DNA of 58,314 nucleotides, the filler included, from Sphacelaria rigidula (Eukaryota), in the NCBI GenBank assembly GCA_964200075.2. It is 4 parts of 4 records of this genome, joined end to end, with 100 filler letters (N's around TTAATTAATTAA, not from the genome) between each part and the next. Parts side by side here need not be neighbours in the genome. Positions count along the whole stretch, not along the records: positions 29,211 to 43,713 come from CAXNAA020002218.1; positions 43,814 to 58,314 come from CAXNAA020002219.1; 2 more parts are not named here. One strand, written 5' to 3'. Shown here piece after piece: positions 37,421 through 49,398 of this stretch. Under the pieces are notes generated by a model. That model worked only from the letters and a program-made list of their open reading frames with translations, was not told where the DNA came from and made no database searches. Positions within the stretch are counted from its first letter, which is position 1; the number at the start of each line of letters is the position of its first letter. The position numbers were made by a program, and so were the translations under genes.

Positions 37421-38454
37421 ACTCTGCTAATTGCGCCTGAATTCTGATAACTTACGCAACACATCATGCATTTATTGTCTCACCATGATTCCTGCGGAAG
37501 AGTTAGCTTTATGCTGCCTCCCTGCCTCTGCCCTGTGCCTGTCACGACTGACTGTCCCGTCTGAAGCCTTACCGCCGGCCACACAAACAAATAAGTATTG
37601 CACCGAAAGTCATTATCTAATGTATATATTTGTCGTTTTCCAGTACACGTTCCGTATAGCGTATCCCTCATCTGCAGCGCGGAAAATATATGTTTGGAGC
37701 ACATACAATACTCTAAAGAATAGTAAATGTTTCTTTATGGAGTTCATTTTCTGCCCCCTGAGTCGTTCGCTTCTGCTCAGAATAATATGTGTTTTGTCGC
37801 TGCGGATCTGAAGGTATACATATGGGAAAATGTGAAGACGGAAATAATGCCTACACATCTCGTTCCATTTTGTGGTGCGACGAGCGCACGCTGTCGCCCA
37901 CACACTTCATCGACAGAGGACCAAACCAAGGTGAGCGAGGATTATCTACTCGAACACGGTAGCATATCAATGGTATCTATGGCAGATCATGGACAATACA
38001 TGGACGCTGGTGTGTCGTGGTCACCAATCTTTGCGAGGAATGGTGACTGCTATCCTGCGTCCCTATCTCACCACATCGACGGTAACGGTCATGCATGGCG
38101 GTCAAGGGGCAGCTGTCTGCTGATATCTTCTGGGGGGGGTGACTGATGGATGGTGCAGCTGTCTATCTGTCCGCCCTTCGATGTGTCAATCTCTTCACAA
38201 CAGTGGTTGGTTCTAGTTGTCATTCTGATTAGACGCTAGGGGTGCACTAGGATCGGCACAATAGCCTGTACGGGGTAGGATGTTCGGTCAACCGCTAGAC
38301 TTGACCGGTTCTTTCACGGGTCTCCTCCTGTCCGTACAGCATGTTTCAAGGTAACCCAGCGTGCCACTTTCGCCTACCGCAATAAATCCCGGCAGTGCAA
38401 TTCAATATCATCACGTAGGTCTCCCTCTTTGTCTTGATCTCCCTCGTTCTCCTC

Positions 38455-38560
38455 ATCTCTCCCTATCAGGAGTAGGAACGGTGCTCCGTCTCGAAAGGGA
38501 TGCGCGGTCAATGGTAAAACGACCAAGGCAAGCAACAAATGAGAACCCCCCCCCCCCCCC
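38455..38560 (+). repeat. Dispersed repeat family E
   Basis: It matches 14446-14505 and, inverted, 33766-33862, and ends in a poly-C run. Confidence 0.75.
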
Positions 38561-39755
38561 ACTTTTGTGCGCATCTTTCACACAGTCGCGTTTACTTCGG
38601 CGTGAAGTCGTTCCATTGCCACGTTTTGGTATTTGGGGGGCCATTTCACACTCGAGGCACGAAATTCCCCGAAGGCCCCCATGTAAAAATCGTTACTGGG
38701 AGAAACATGCCGTGGGGTACTCAAGATCTCCGAACTATCTTCAGGAGTCAGCACTTCACGGTACGGGGACCATCAAATGCCCATAATGCTGAGTACACAA
38801 GAACTTCTCCAGCATGATTGTGGGAGCTCAACTTCCCAAATATTGGATACTGTAGTGCAATAGTCAATCGAGGAGGGCATGGGGAGGGGCATGTCCGCTA
38901 AGGGTCAAGGTCAGGTTGGTATTTTCAAATCCAACAAGTTGGATAACACTCATCATGAGCCCGGAATTCGATAAATGACACGTGAACAAGAGTGGTCACT
39001 GGGTGCGGGCAAGGGGTGCGTTGCGAAACAGAGAATGAGAAAACAGCCGTCTTCGGGGGTAGTATCCAACGTCTTGGCTCTTAACCTGCGAATGGAATTT
39101 CTTGATTCGTTCGCATGGTTTGAATGCTTATCGAAATAGTTGTAAAATGCAAAGGTGAGGAACATTTCCTTGCCCGGGGACTTGCTGCAAGCACCCCCCG
39201 ACCGCCCACCCCACCTAACCCGGAGACACGGTCACACGGTCGGTACCTACCGTTTCGGCCTGTCGAACACGAATGGCGATGCACCGAAGTGCACGAGCGC
39301 ATCCACCATACTCGCCTACAGAAAATATATTTTTTCCCTACCACCTAATCGTTCACACGCGAACGGGTATTGGTGCTTTCCTCCGGTTTGAGTTTGAATT
39401 AGGCCCGCCAGACTTCAGCCGTAACGGTCGCGGAAATATTACTAAAGCATGCAACGCCGAAAATACAGGCTATCGAAGAGCGCTGGAGTACTCGGATAAC
39501 GACTGTACCGAGTATCCCTGAGTACCTGTAGTATCGACACTCTGATTCAACTCTATCTGAAAGTCCCTCGAAACTCCGCTACAAGCGCGTAATTCCCTCC
39601 TTGCAACTCAAGTCATCATCAGCTATCGGACACTAGCGGTGAGGTTCATTAACATTACGGAAGTGGCTACGTACCACCCACATGCTGATGAGCCACAGTA
39701 CCTCTTTTTTGGTCATATCTGACAATGAACAGGGTTATTGCCGTGAAGCTAAACC

Positions 39756-41304
39756 ATGGTTGCCGAGGACGTCGAGATGGCCGGTGCGGAGGTGGGCGAG
39801 GAAGAGGTGGGGGGGGCAGAGGTGACGGAGGTGAAGGAAATCTCGGTCCTCGATGCCCTGAAGCAGGTGCTCAAGAAGGCCCTCATCTTCGACGGTCTTC
39901 GTCGCGGCCTGCACGAGTGAGTAATTGCTGTGGACTGGAGCACGGAAAATTACTCCGTCGCGAAATGTCAACAGCGATACGTTTGCACTACAAAATGTTT
40001 CAATTCGTTTCACTGACCATTTCTACCGCGATGGAGACTTTCTTGTGTTGAAATGGCACACACATTTGAACCGATTTTTCATCGATGTCCAGTCACCCTC
40101 GGAGTTTCTCCGCTCACGAGATGAGCAACTCGTAATATCGTGGGGTGTTACTCCGTGTATTACGGCTCAGTGGAAAGGGGAAACTGCTTGTGATACTTGC
40201 GTTCATCTTGTGGCTCATATACCCCTTTTCCTTCGTTGCGAAACCCTGATGAACTTTTGTAAACTTGTTGTATGGATAGATGCGCGAAGGCTCTTGACCG
40301 CGGGTCTGCTCGTCTGTGCTGCCTGGCCAAGGACTGCGATAACCCGGAGTACACTCAGCTCGTGCGCGCGCTCTGCGACGAGGGAAATGTGCACTTGATC
40401 ATGGTGAGATATCTTTCCGTGTTCGCTTCAAATGCCCTCGCTGTGTCATGTATCCCCATGCCGTACGATCGTTATCCAGGACAAACGTTCCTACTGAGTA
40501 AGACGTCCACTTTGACCAAGGATGATGGTTCCTGCTGGAGCTTCATTTGTATCAAAACATGAGCTTTCAATATCAATATTCAGGTGGTGGAAGAACAAAG
40601 GTTTGATCATTTCCGGAAGCGAAGTCCCTCTAAACTCCGGTGTAGCACTCTACCACCCGTGACTCGGACCTGATGTCGAGCGGGCTCTCGCTTCTGTTGT
40701 GCCAATCATGACTGCCTGTTCGACTGTTTGATAGCCGGACGAGATCCTCACTTTCATAACGCTGCCCGTCCCACGTTGTACCGTCGTCTACAGGTGGACA
40801 CCCGCCAGGAGCTCGGACAATGGGCTGGTCTGTGCCGTATCGGTCCCGAGGGAGAGGCCACAAAAATCGTGCAATGCTCTTGCGTCGTGGTGAGGAAACT
40901 TTGCCTTGATTCGTTGCCTACCCGTCTAAGCTACCCCGCTCCTGCAGGAACGTAATGATCGACTTGGCACCTGGATGAATGTAATATTGACCGCACTTGA
41001 CGGCTCAGTCGACGAGGCTTGTACCTCATCATGCGTTCTCGCGGCAATATCAGCGTTCGTGTAGCCATCGCGACTTGACGAGGAGGATGACGCACATGCG
41101 GGCCGAAAAAATACACCGTAACATGACACTTGGGCATGGAATGATGTCTAGATTCCGACATTCCTTCCGCTCTCCTCCCTTCCCCTCCCTCATCTACGTC
41201 GACACACCGCATTTCACCCCCGGCCTGATCAGGTTACCGACTACGGAGAGCAGACCCAGGCTCTCAATGTGCTCCTCGAGCACCTCAAGAAGGGCGGGGA
41301 CTAA
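39756..41304 (+). CDS. RPS12: 40S ribosomal protein S12 (eS12), 4 exons, 150 aa
   Basis: Exons: 39756-39916, 40280-40403, 40794-40889, 41233-41304 (453 nt, GT-AG introns). The translation MVAEDVEM...[54 protein letters not shown]...LGQWAGLCRI...KIVQCSCVVVTDYGE...KKGGD* is the classic eS12 signature. Confidence 0.97.
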
Positions 41305-43550
41305 TTCGTGCCATCTCGGAATAAAACCAATATATAGTCGCGGTTCCTGTGCGTGGTTTTTCCGGGAGGAGAGACGGCTGCTGTCGTGTCTCGTAGTACT
41401 TCTTGGTACAAAGAGCAGCTGGCTCTCCTTTGTGAGACTGCACATGCGCTTGAGCTTGTTCGAACGCATTTGACACCATCCATCACTTCCCGGTCCCTGT
41501 TTCTTGTCTAGTGGGGAAACGTTCGTTTGTTGGGGGGAAAAACTGAACGATCCCGTCACGACGAGTGCACGGGACGCTCACGTCCCACAATGCGTCTGTG
41601 ATCACGCTTCCCCCACGTCACGTTCGTTGTCGCACGATCGTTCGCGTACCGGCACGTACAATTTCCCACGGTGTAATTCAATTGCCGTGGATCATCACTC
41701 CGGACGATGCACGACGCCTGATGAAAAGGGTCCAGTTCTCGTGATCACGTGGCCTCGGATGAAGGCATGCTTGTCTACCCGAGTCGGGACTTGAGATCTG
41801 ACACGTGAGCCAGACGCCAATTTGAAGCGGTCGTCCCGAATGTTCCATGGTTTAACTTGCACGTACCTTGCCAAAATTCCGCGTCCCCATCCGAGGAAAT
41901 CGGTCGCGCGGCACAAACCCAGATATTTGCACCAAGATCTTCGGGCACTGCAATTAATTACGGAAGCACCCCGAGTTCGGCTGTCACTTTTAAATGGCAT
42001 TGAATGACGGGATGAAACCGAAACAGCCATCCCATCTCGAGGGAAACGTGGAGTTGCTCACTGTGTCGTGACACTCGAACAGTTCGGACAGAGGAGGAAG
42101 AGACGGAACCGTAATGAAACAGAATCCAATCATGGCGCGAGTTTGATTATACATGAATTCTTGTGCGTGACGGCTTCGCGTAACTGCCTTGAGTCGGCGA
42201 CTGACAAGGTTATCGTGGACTTGATGGGTGCGAACTACGAGTCGTTTTGATTAATTCCTCGAACTGGCCAACGTTTTATTCCGTGTATGCTTTTCGTCGT
42301 CTCATCACTGCTATGTGCTGACGGTAACACGTTGATGTCCTACACGAGGGTATCGAGGGCCTCAGTGGCAAGTTGCTACAGAGATGATATTGAATTTGGT
42401 GAAGATGCACTTCGGAACTCAAACGGCTTATTATCTGATCGACTGCTTTTCCCTGTCAATTTTACCAAAACGACGTTGGTTGTGGAACGCCCACATTGCG
42501 AAGACTTGTCACCGTTCAGAGAACACGCACTCGACCAGACGGCAGTGATCAGGAGGGAGGGGTTGATTCGACGAGAAGCCCAGGAATATTTTGGAGGGTC
42601 TGATACAATCGCTCCGTGCTTGTATTGGAATGGGCACGGTGTCGAAAAACATGAACAGTAGTGTTACTGGAGATAGTTGTGTCGAACACAGTCGCTTTCA
42701 ACCACGATTCGAGAAGGAACGCATGGCAAAGATGGCTCGAAGCATACCCCCCCCACATCGTGGGATGACACTCACGTCTAGTGCGATTGGAGCACCAGTG
42801 TCGGGATGACAAGGAAGGGAAAAGTACTCGACCTCGCGGATGGAATTCACCGTGTGCTGGCGGTTTTGCCTTCCGTCTTGGTCTCTCACGTACCGATCGC
42901 CATACCCGTGGCTATATGGTGGTAGTTCTAAAGTTTGAACATCTGCATTATTGGCAGCGTCGATGGACGAGCGTCTCGGGCTGTGTCTTGGATCATTTTT
43001 AGAGCTCGGGAATGATACTAGTTTTACTAGCCTTTGTCCAAGGGGCCCCACACCGGGAAATCACTGCACCAACCCCCCCCCCCTCCCCCAAGGAGTCGAG
43101 AATGAGGAAATGACCATTGGCTGTGCAAAGAACTCTTTCTTCCCGTTTCTCAACAAAAATACGGAATTTAACAGCCAAATGTATCACCTGGGGTCCTCCT
43201 CGACATGAGCAGCCCGCAACCGAGGAGGGATGGGGGGGGCAGTCGTTCTTGTGGCCGTCGGAGAGCGAAGCAGGGTTGATGACTAGAAAATTCGTGATAA
43301 GTAAAGCATTAAACTTGAGCACTACAGGTGACCAGGCCTGGTTGATCCCTGCTGCGAAGGGCCATATTAAGTTTTCGCCTCTTGGACATGAGTCGAGAAA
43401 TGACGCATACGTGACCGCCGTAAGATTGGAAAGTGGATATTTTCATTATGTCAATACAGCAAGTACTGTCGCCATCATCCAACGATCGGGAGGGGTACCC
43501 CTCCATCACAATTGGGGTACCTCTCCCCCCCTCCTACCTCATTATGAGAT

Positions 43551-43648
43551 TTTAACAGCGGATCATCCATGTTGAGGATGGATATTTTCATTGAGGATGA
43601 CAACCCGGAGGATTCAAATCTCCGTATCGACATCAAATCTTCAAAATG
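43551..43648 (-). repeat. Dispersed repeat family A
   Basis: Reverse complement of 1-97. Confidence 0.7.
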
Positions 43649-43713
43649 CAGGGCCATCCCTTCACCTACTGTTCGCTGTTGACAAGTACTACACGTCATA
43701 CATATTTGCGATT

Positions 43714-43813
43714 NNNNNNNNNNNNNNNNNNNNNNNNNNNNNNNNNNNNNNNNNNNNTTAATTAATTAANNNNNNNNNNNNNNNNNNNNNNNNNNNNNNN
43801 NNNNNNNNNNNNN
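43714..43813. other. Artificial contig linker (N44-TTAATTAATTAA-N44)
   Basis: Identical 100-nt spacer. Confidence 0.97.
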
Positions 43814-44042
43814 GGTTCTCATCCTCAATCAAAAGCACTATCCTCAACATAGATGATTGGCTGTTAGAAGTAAATGTACGAACCTCGCAAAGCTCACCGG
43901 ACTTTTCGTTTTTCGTCAGTGTTTTTCTTCATATATTTCTTCAATAATATCAGCAAAAAATATCATGAAATTTTTCGACAAATTGCTCTCCCGGGAACGG
44001 GAGGGGGCCCCGTGTTCGAAAATCTTCTTCCGAGAGACCCCT
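43814..44042. repeat. Composite repeat: family A fragment joined to the terminal part of MITE family B
   Basis: 43814-43867 matches 41-95. 43868-44042 matches ~1020-1262 and ends in a TIR-like gagagaccc. Confidence 0.6.
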
Positions 44043-45233
44043 GTGAGATGGGCGAAAAAACTAGTATACTGATAGACACACGACGAGAGAAGGTGAAAGT
44101 GATGGCGTTGACCAGCGCCTTTACAGACCCAGTCCTCTATCTATGAAGTGAGATCCTGAAATCATGCCAAGGCTTGATGTCTTCATGGAGATGGAAGATG
44201 CCAAATCGCTCCGCCTGTACTACTGCTACGTAATTACGCTGTGTAGTCTAGTATTAATATTGTAGCATTGCCGTAGCTTGTTGCCTCCGCAACTTGAACC
44301 GCTCTTCTTGAGGCTAGATTACTCGTTCCCCCCAGGTACACACTCATTATGTTTTCACCTCCACTTTTCTCACTAGCGGCCCGGGTCTACGGAGGGAGAT
44401 GACGGTTCGTTGTTTTGAGCATGAGGCCGATGCTTGGGGATCCGGATGAGTGGGCGATGTTAGCACGTCGTGCACGTCTTGACGTCATCACGCTGAAGGA
44501 GAGCTCGGTTGTGGCATCCGGCAAAGCCCCCGCGGGCGGGACAATGATGCCCGCCAAGCCAGCAGTAATTAGCGAGGAGCCCTTGATCCTAGCAGACGAA
44601 GACACCTACTCCCTGGCTGGTACATATCCAACCATCGTGGTATGTTGCTCCGTAGCACCTCCGGTGAATGGCAGTAACGTACGGGTGTGCCGGGCCGAAA
44701 GCATTCGTCAAGGCACCTTATCCTCGGACGCCGGGAGATGGGGATCTCTCGATGCGGAATCCCTGCAGAAAATTAGTTGCACTTTTCAATGAGTGGGCTA
44801 AATCACGCGAGTGATCCATCGGCAGCGCCCGCGTTCGTACCATAACCTGGCTCCGCATAGGCTCTTCCTGTTTCACAAACGTCACTACGCCGCGTGCAAG
44901 GCTTACAGTGTGTCCCTGGGTGGATAAGAACTATACAGAGACAGCAGACAGTACAACATGTTGTTGACGAAGAACCACGTGAGAGCAACCGTAATGGGGG
45001 TGATCCTCTGTCTGTATCCTTCCTCTGTAGTTCGGATTCGGCAAATGCGTGGCTGATGGTGCTGACCATCGACGATGTGCTCCGTCGTGATTGCCACAAC
45101 CCATAGGCGGAACATCGGCCCTTAATAAAATCCCTATCTTTCGACTACATACATTTCTCCCGATCAGAGAACTGCATACACCACTGAAGTAGTGGTTCAC
45201 GGCGGGGAACGGCGCTGCGTATTCCTCCTCCAG

Positions 45234-48200
45234 GTAGCACAAGATAGCCGGGAGCAAGCGCCAAAGTCAAGCTACCAACGGAGGCTCCCCTCGATCGGTG
45301 CGCACAACAGTCGATCCCGAGTCCAGCAGGGCATAGCGGCATCCGCCCTCGGAGTGGCTGATGTTGCTGTTTGCGCGATTGAAAGTGGATCGTGTGAGCT
45401 GTTAAAGGAGGCATCGTATTCGACTGCCCGTGGCAACTTGATTATGCCGTACGTTTGAGCACGACGAGTGGTACCTTGAGTCCTGTATATCTGCATTCTA
45501 CTCTAACCTCGGATCGACATTTCAGGTTTTGCCCGCTAAAGGCTTTCTGCCGCGGCAGCGACACGCTGCCGAATGAAAAGGGCGGTTCGTTTTCCTCCTG
45601 TCTTCACAGCATGGCGTGTGATGGCGTGCATACCCACGTTTACCACTGCCGGAGTGAGGTACTCCCCCTCGAGCATAGCACCATATTCCGCTTGTCTCGG
45701 CCACTATACATACGATGCGCCGAAGACAGGTCTTATTATACCGTACCGCGTACTGTACCGTATTTCTTTCGAAGATATTGGCCAGATGAGGTGCGGGGCA
45801 ATTTTACCCTTAACGCTGTACTGTAGCATACGTATTGATAGACTGTAGGTCATGGAAAGTCGTGAAGGGTCCGCTGCCGACGCGGGTTTTCCCGGTGGTG
45901 CCGATTTGGACAAAAATGATTTCTGAGTCATCCTCAGATGAGGACGGGGGAGGGGGGTATGTTGAGCCACTTCTTGGACAAAATTCTAAGTCAAATCGTC
46001 GTCGAAAGCAGCAACGGTTGCTCGGACGAGCTTGTTATAGATACATAATGCTGATTCATACCGATCGACACCGTTTTGAACCAAATAAAAGCGCTTCGCG
46101 AGTGAGGCAGATTGTCTGACACACCAATGAGGCTCGTTTTTCGTGCAACCAAATACCCCCCCCCCCCCCTATCGTGAGATGACTCTTCTGCGCACGTTAG
46201 GAAGCATGTAGGGCTGTCAGCCCCATTATCACTATCCGGCCTAAAACGTACTGAGCGGTACTCGAGGAACGCAATTCGCACAGAGGACATCGATGTTTGA
46301 GGTTAAATGATATCTGTTAGCTGCTCCTGCGTAAATAGACAAAGAACATGTACGGATACGTATGTATTGCGATGGCGGCGCAACTAATTAGAAATCCGCA
46401 TTTTTTCAGGGGGAAACTGACCGAACATCATTAACGATTCACATCTATGTTTCCTCAAGAAGCTGTCGGATCACCCCCTATCTTTATAGGCTACCCGTGC
46501 CGCACGCGCAGCGTACCGTAATAGGGCGCGTCCTTCACACGTACCGTACAGTTTGACTGACTTTGCTTTTCGCGCTCTCACTGCTGGGCGCACACACACA
46601 TGTATACTGCCAAACACAAGCAGCGTACAAGTACGATCTTTCATGCACGTCTTCATCACGAAATGCACTGAACTCAATTCCAAAATTCCGACCAGGAGGG
46701 TCTTGCAGAAAGAAAATAGCCGAAGTATCATCGAAAGGGAAATCGGTGTGTTATTGGCTGCCTGCTTCTGTCGAGGAGGGTACAGGCGATATGCAAACCG
46801 CCAAGACTGAAACGCATACAAAAATGGCCGCATTGGGGTGCTGTTTGGTGCGGGTACAAGTAGTACACTTACTGCTCGCACTTCATACAACTACTGTATT
46901 GCAATGTATCACGCTGGTTCTGTCTGCTGGTCAGAGAATGCGCCGCAATAGCTGCCACCACTACAACTCCTGCGGTTGCGTAAGAAGCTCTCTTATGTGA
47001 TCATGATTTAATTGTGCGATATCGTACCGTCAGCGCAACGGACAATTCCGTCAAGTTGTAAAATGTTGTGCTCAAACTCGAGGTATCCGTCATGCAATTT
47101 CCTGTTGAAGATGCCGAGAGTCTCGAGTTTGAGATATCTCTCTCATATTCTACATACCTTGCTCGTGTCATCTCAACCTTACCAGGTGTGATACCCCAAA
47201 GTGAGTAAGTACCTCAGCTATAAACAGGACAGGAGGATCGGCGATCGGTAAAAACAATCAGTGAATTACAACAGTAAAGGTTTGTAACAGTCAAGGTTTT
47301 CGTACAAAAAAGTCGAAAAAAAGCACAGCATCGCCGAGATCAGTACAAAAACAAGAGGGCATCACAACAGCACAGAGCAATGGCAACCGAGAGAGTAGTC
47401 GTTGCGTTGATGGAACCGTATTGTTTCCATATATCTTCAAAAAGTCTGCCAACCATGTATGTTGCGAACAGATACAGAGAGAGGCAGCCAGCAGCGGGCC
47501 AGCGGACTTTACGCGAGCCACGCCATCATAGCACGACTACCGGAACAAGAGTTCATGGTTGAGACAACAGTAGTAACAAGTTCGATTTGACTCGATATCA
47601 TAATATTCGGATCTTCCAGGGGCTGACAGTCCCAAGGGCTCGCCAAGCGGTCGCAGGAGTGCATTGCACTCCTTGTTTATCACTCCCTTGGTTGGTCCTG
47701 CTGCCCATCCGCAGGTGCGGCTGGGGGCATCCGCACAAAGTCATTACTGTGTTTATGACCTTTCGCGGTCTTCGCCTGTAAACCGTAAGCATACTTGATA
47801 CTGTTTTGTGCGGAAACCGCAGCAACACATTTCAAACACGGAGCAAAGCGTTTGTTCGCACAGCAAGCAAAAACACAGCAACTCACAGCGGTGAGTATAT
47901 TTACAGTTTCCAGATTTCGCGACCTTTGGTAAAGCGGTATCCCAACAGACCGTTACATTTACTCATCAAAGCAGTCACCTTTGGGCTCCGGAGAACGGTA
48001 ACAAGCAGAGACCAAGCCGGGGTCAGTCATACTTACATAAGTCCCAAGGACGAACACGGCGAAGCATCGGCACCAACACGCCCGCGACAGGGCTGTATTT
48101 ACGGGACTGGCAGCCAGTATTCGACAACAAGTAACTGGCCCAACCTGCCCAAGTCTCAGGGACAGCACCAGTGAAACGGTATCGTGCCGCCGGTTCAGCC

Positions 48201-49398
48201 CATTTCGTGTCTCATTTCGTGAGTCGAGGGACGAGGGTGCACAACCAGCGCGACGGGGGCAGCGCATAATACACCGGTGGCTGTTTGAGATAGCAAGCCT
48301 CCTACCCGTGATTTCCCCCCTCCCCCCCTCCCCCTTCACTAAGCCTCAATGTTCTACAATCATGCGGAAGAAAAGGAAAAGCGAAGGCACTTTTCAAAGA
48401 CAGCTCTTGGGGTATCCTCATCCGTGACTAGGAGCGACGATGAGGGCGACGGGGGCAGCACGGGTGTAGGGGGTGGAAGCCACCCCGAGCCGCTATATCG
48501 CCGACAGCGATCAGTGTCATCGCCGAACCACAGACGAACAACTAGCGCGGACAGCGCATTCACCGCCATGTCTTCACCGTCTGCCGCGCCTTCGGGCGCA
48601 GTTGCAAACCGCGATTGGCGGGATGCGCGCGCGGCATCGGCAGGTAAGAATTCAACATTATCAGCACCCGGTTACAGGCGTGGAAGCACTGGAGGTAGTA
48701 ATGATGGTGTTAGGATGGCACGACCGGCCTGGCCACCAAGCCACGCTGAAATTGTCGCCGGCGCGCGCAGCGCAGTCAGCGAAGACACGGAGATCATTGC
48801 AGGACCGAAGATTCCCGCATGGAACCGGGGCCCGTTGCTGCTGGCGAGCAAGCGTGACTTGTCTGCGGGTGGCGGTGGCGGCCGCCGCGGTAGCATTTCA
48901 ACGTTCATCGATGACGAAGAACTGCGGAAGAAGCGGAGGGCAGCTTCTGCCAAGGCTTTTCAATCGGAATCGGGGGTACGAAGTCCTATCTCGACAGCAC
49001 GCGGCGCAAGTGACAAAAGCCGCTCGGCACGGGGTGTTTTCTATGCCCAGCGACAATACAGTAGCTGCAGCGTTATAAGTAGCGAGGAGGATGCCAGTGC
49101 ATATAGCTCTAGTGAGCTTGGGCTCTCTCGCAGGCGACAAAGTGAACCAGAGGCAACAGTAACCACAGTAGCACCAACAGTCTCTTCCTCAACCAGCCCA
49201 TACCGGGCTAGCCGTGGTGGCACGGGGATAACTGTTGCGTCGCCTGCTCGGAGCGAGGACGACATAAGCGTGGGCGTTGCGCCGGGGCGGCGGCGGTCGC
49301 ATCGGCGCGGCAGACAGCACAGGGGGGCCGAGCGGTCGGTTGAACTAGAGAGGCATGATGATGCTGGTGCGGACTATCGGGCGACTATCGCTGATGAG
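45234..49398 (+). CDS. Hypothetical multi-exon, Ser/Arg/Gly-rich low-complexity protein (partial, tentative model)
   Basis: A GC-rich open stretch of about 1 kb at 48349-49398 ends at gag|gtacgc. Upstream exons 45234-45448 and 45849-45956 are phase-compatible. Further candidate exons lie at 44421-44619, 47620-47714 and 51506-51589 but are not firmly connected. No domain was recognised. Confidence 0.5.

Noticed and set aside
38911..38956. Minus-strand ATGATGA...CTGA as a C/D snoRNA
   Set aside because: The box-to-box span is only 46 nt, there is no terminal stem, and I could not recognise an rRNA guide.
39040..39320. Short minus-strand exons divergent from RPS12 (MVDALVHFG...; LRAKTLD...)
   Set aside because: They are too short, and no continuation or homology is recognisable.
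3565..49398. Functional cluster linking the EDR2-like, EsV-1-7 and RPS12 genes (e.g. an immunity locus)
   Set aside because: The genes are on different contigs that are adjacent only because of length sorting.
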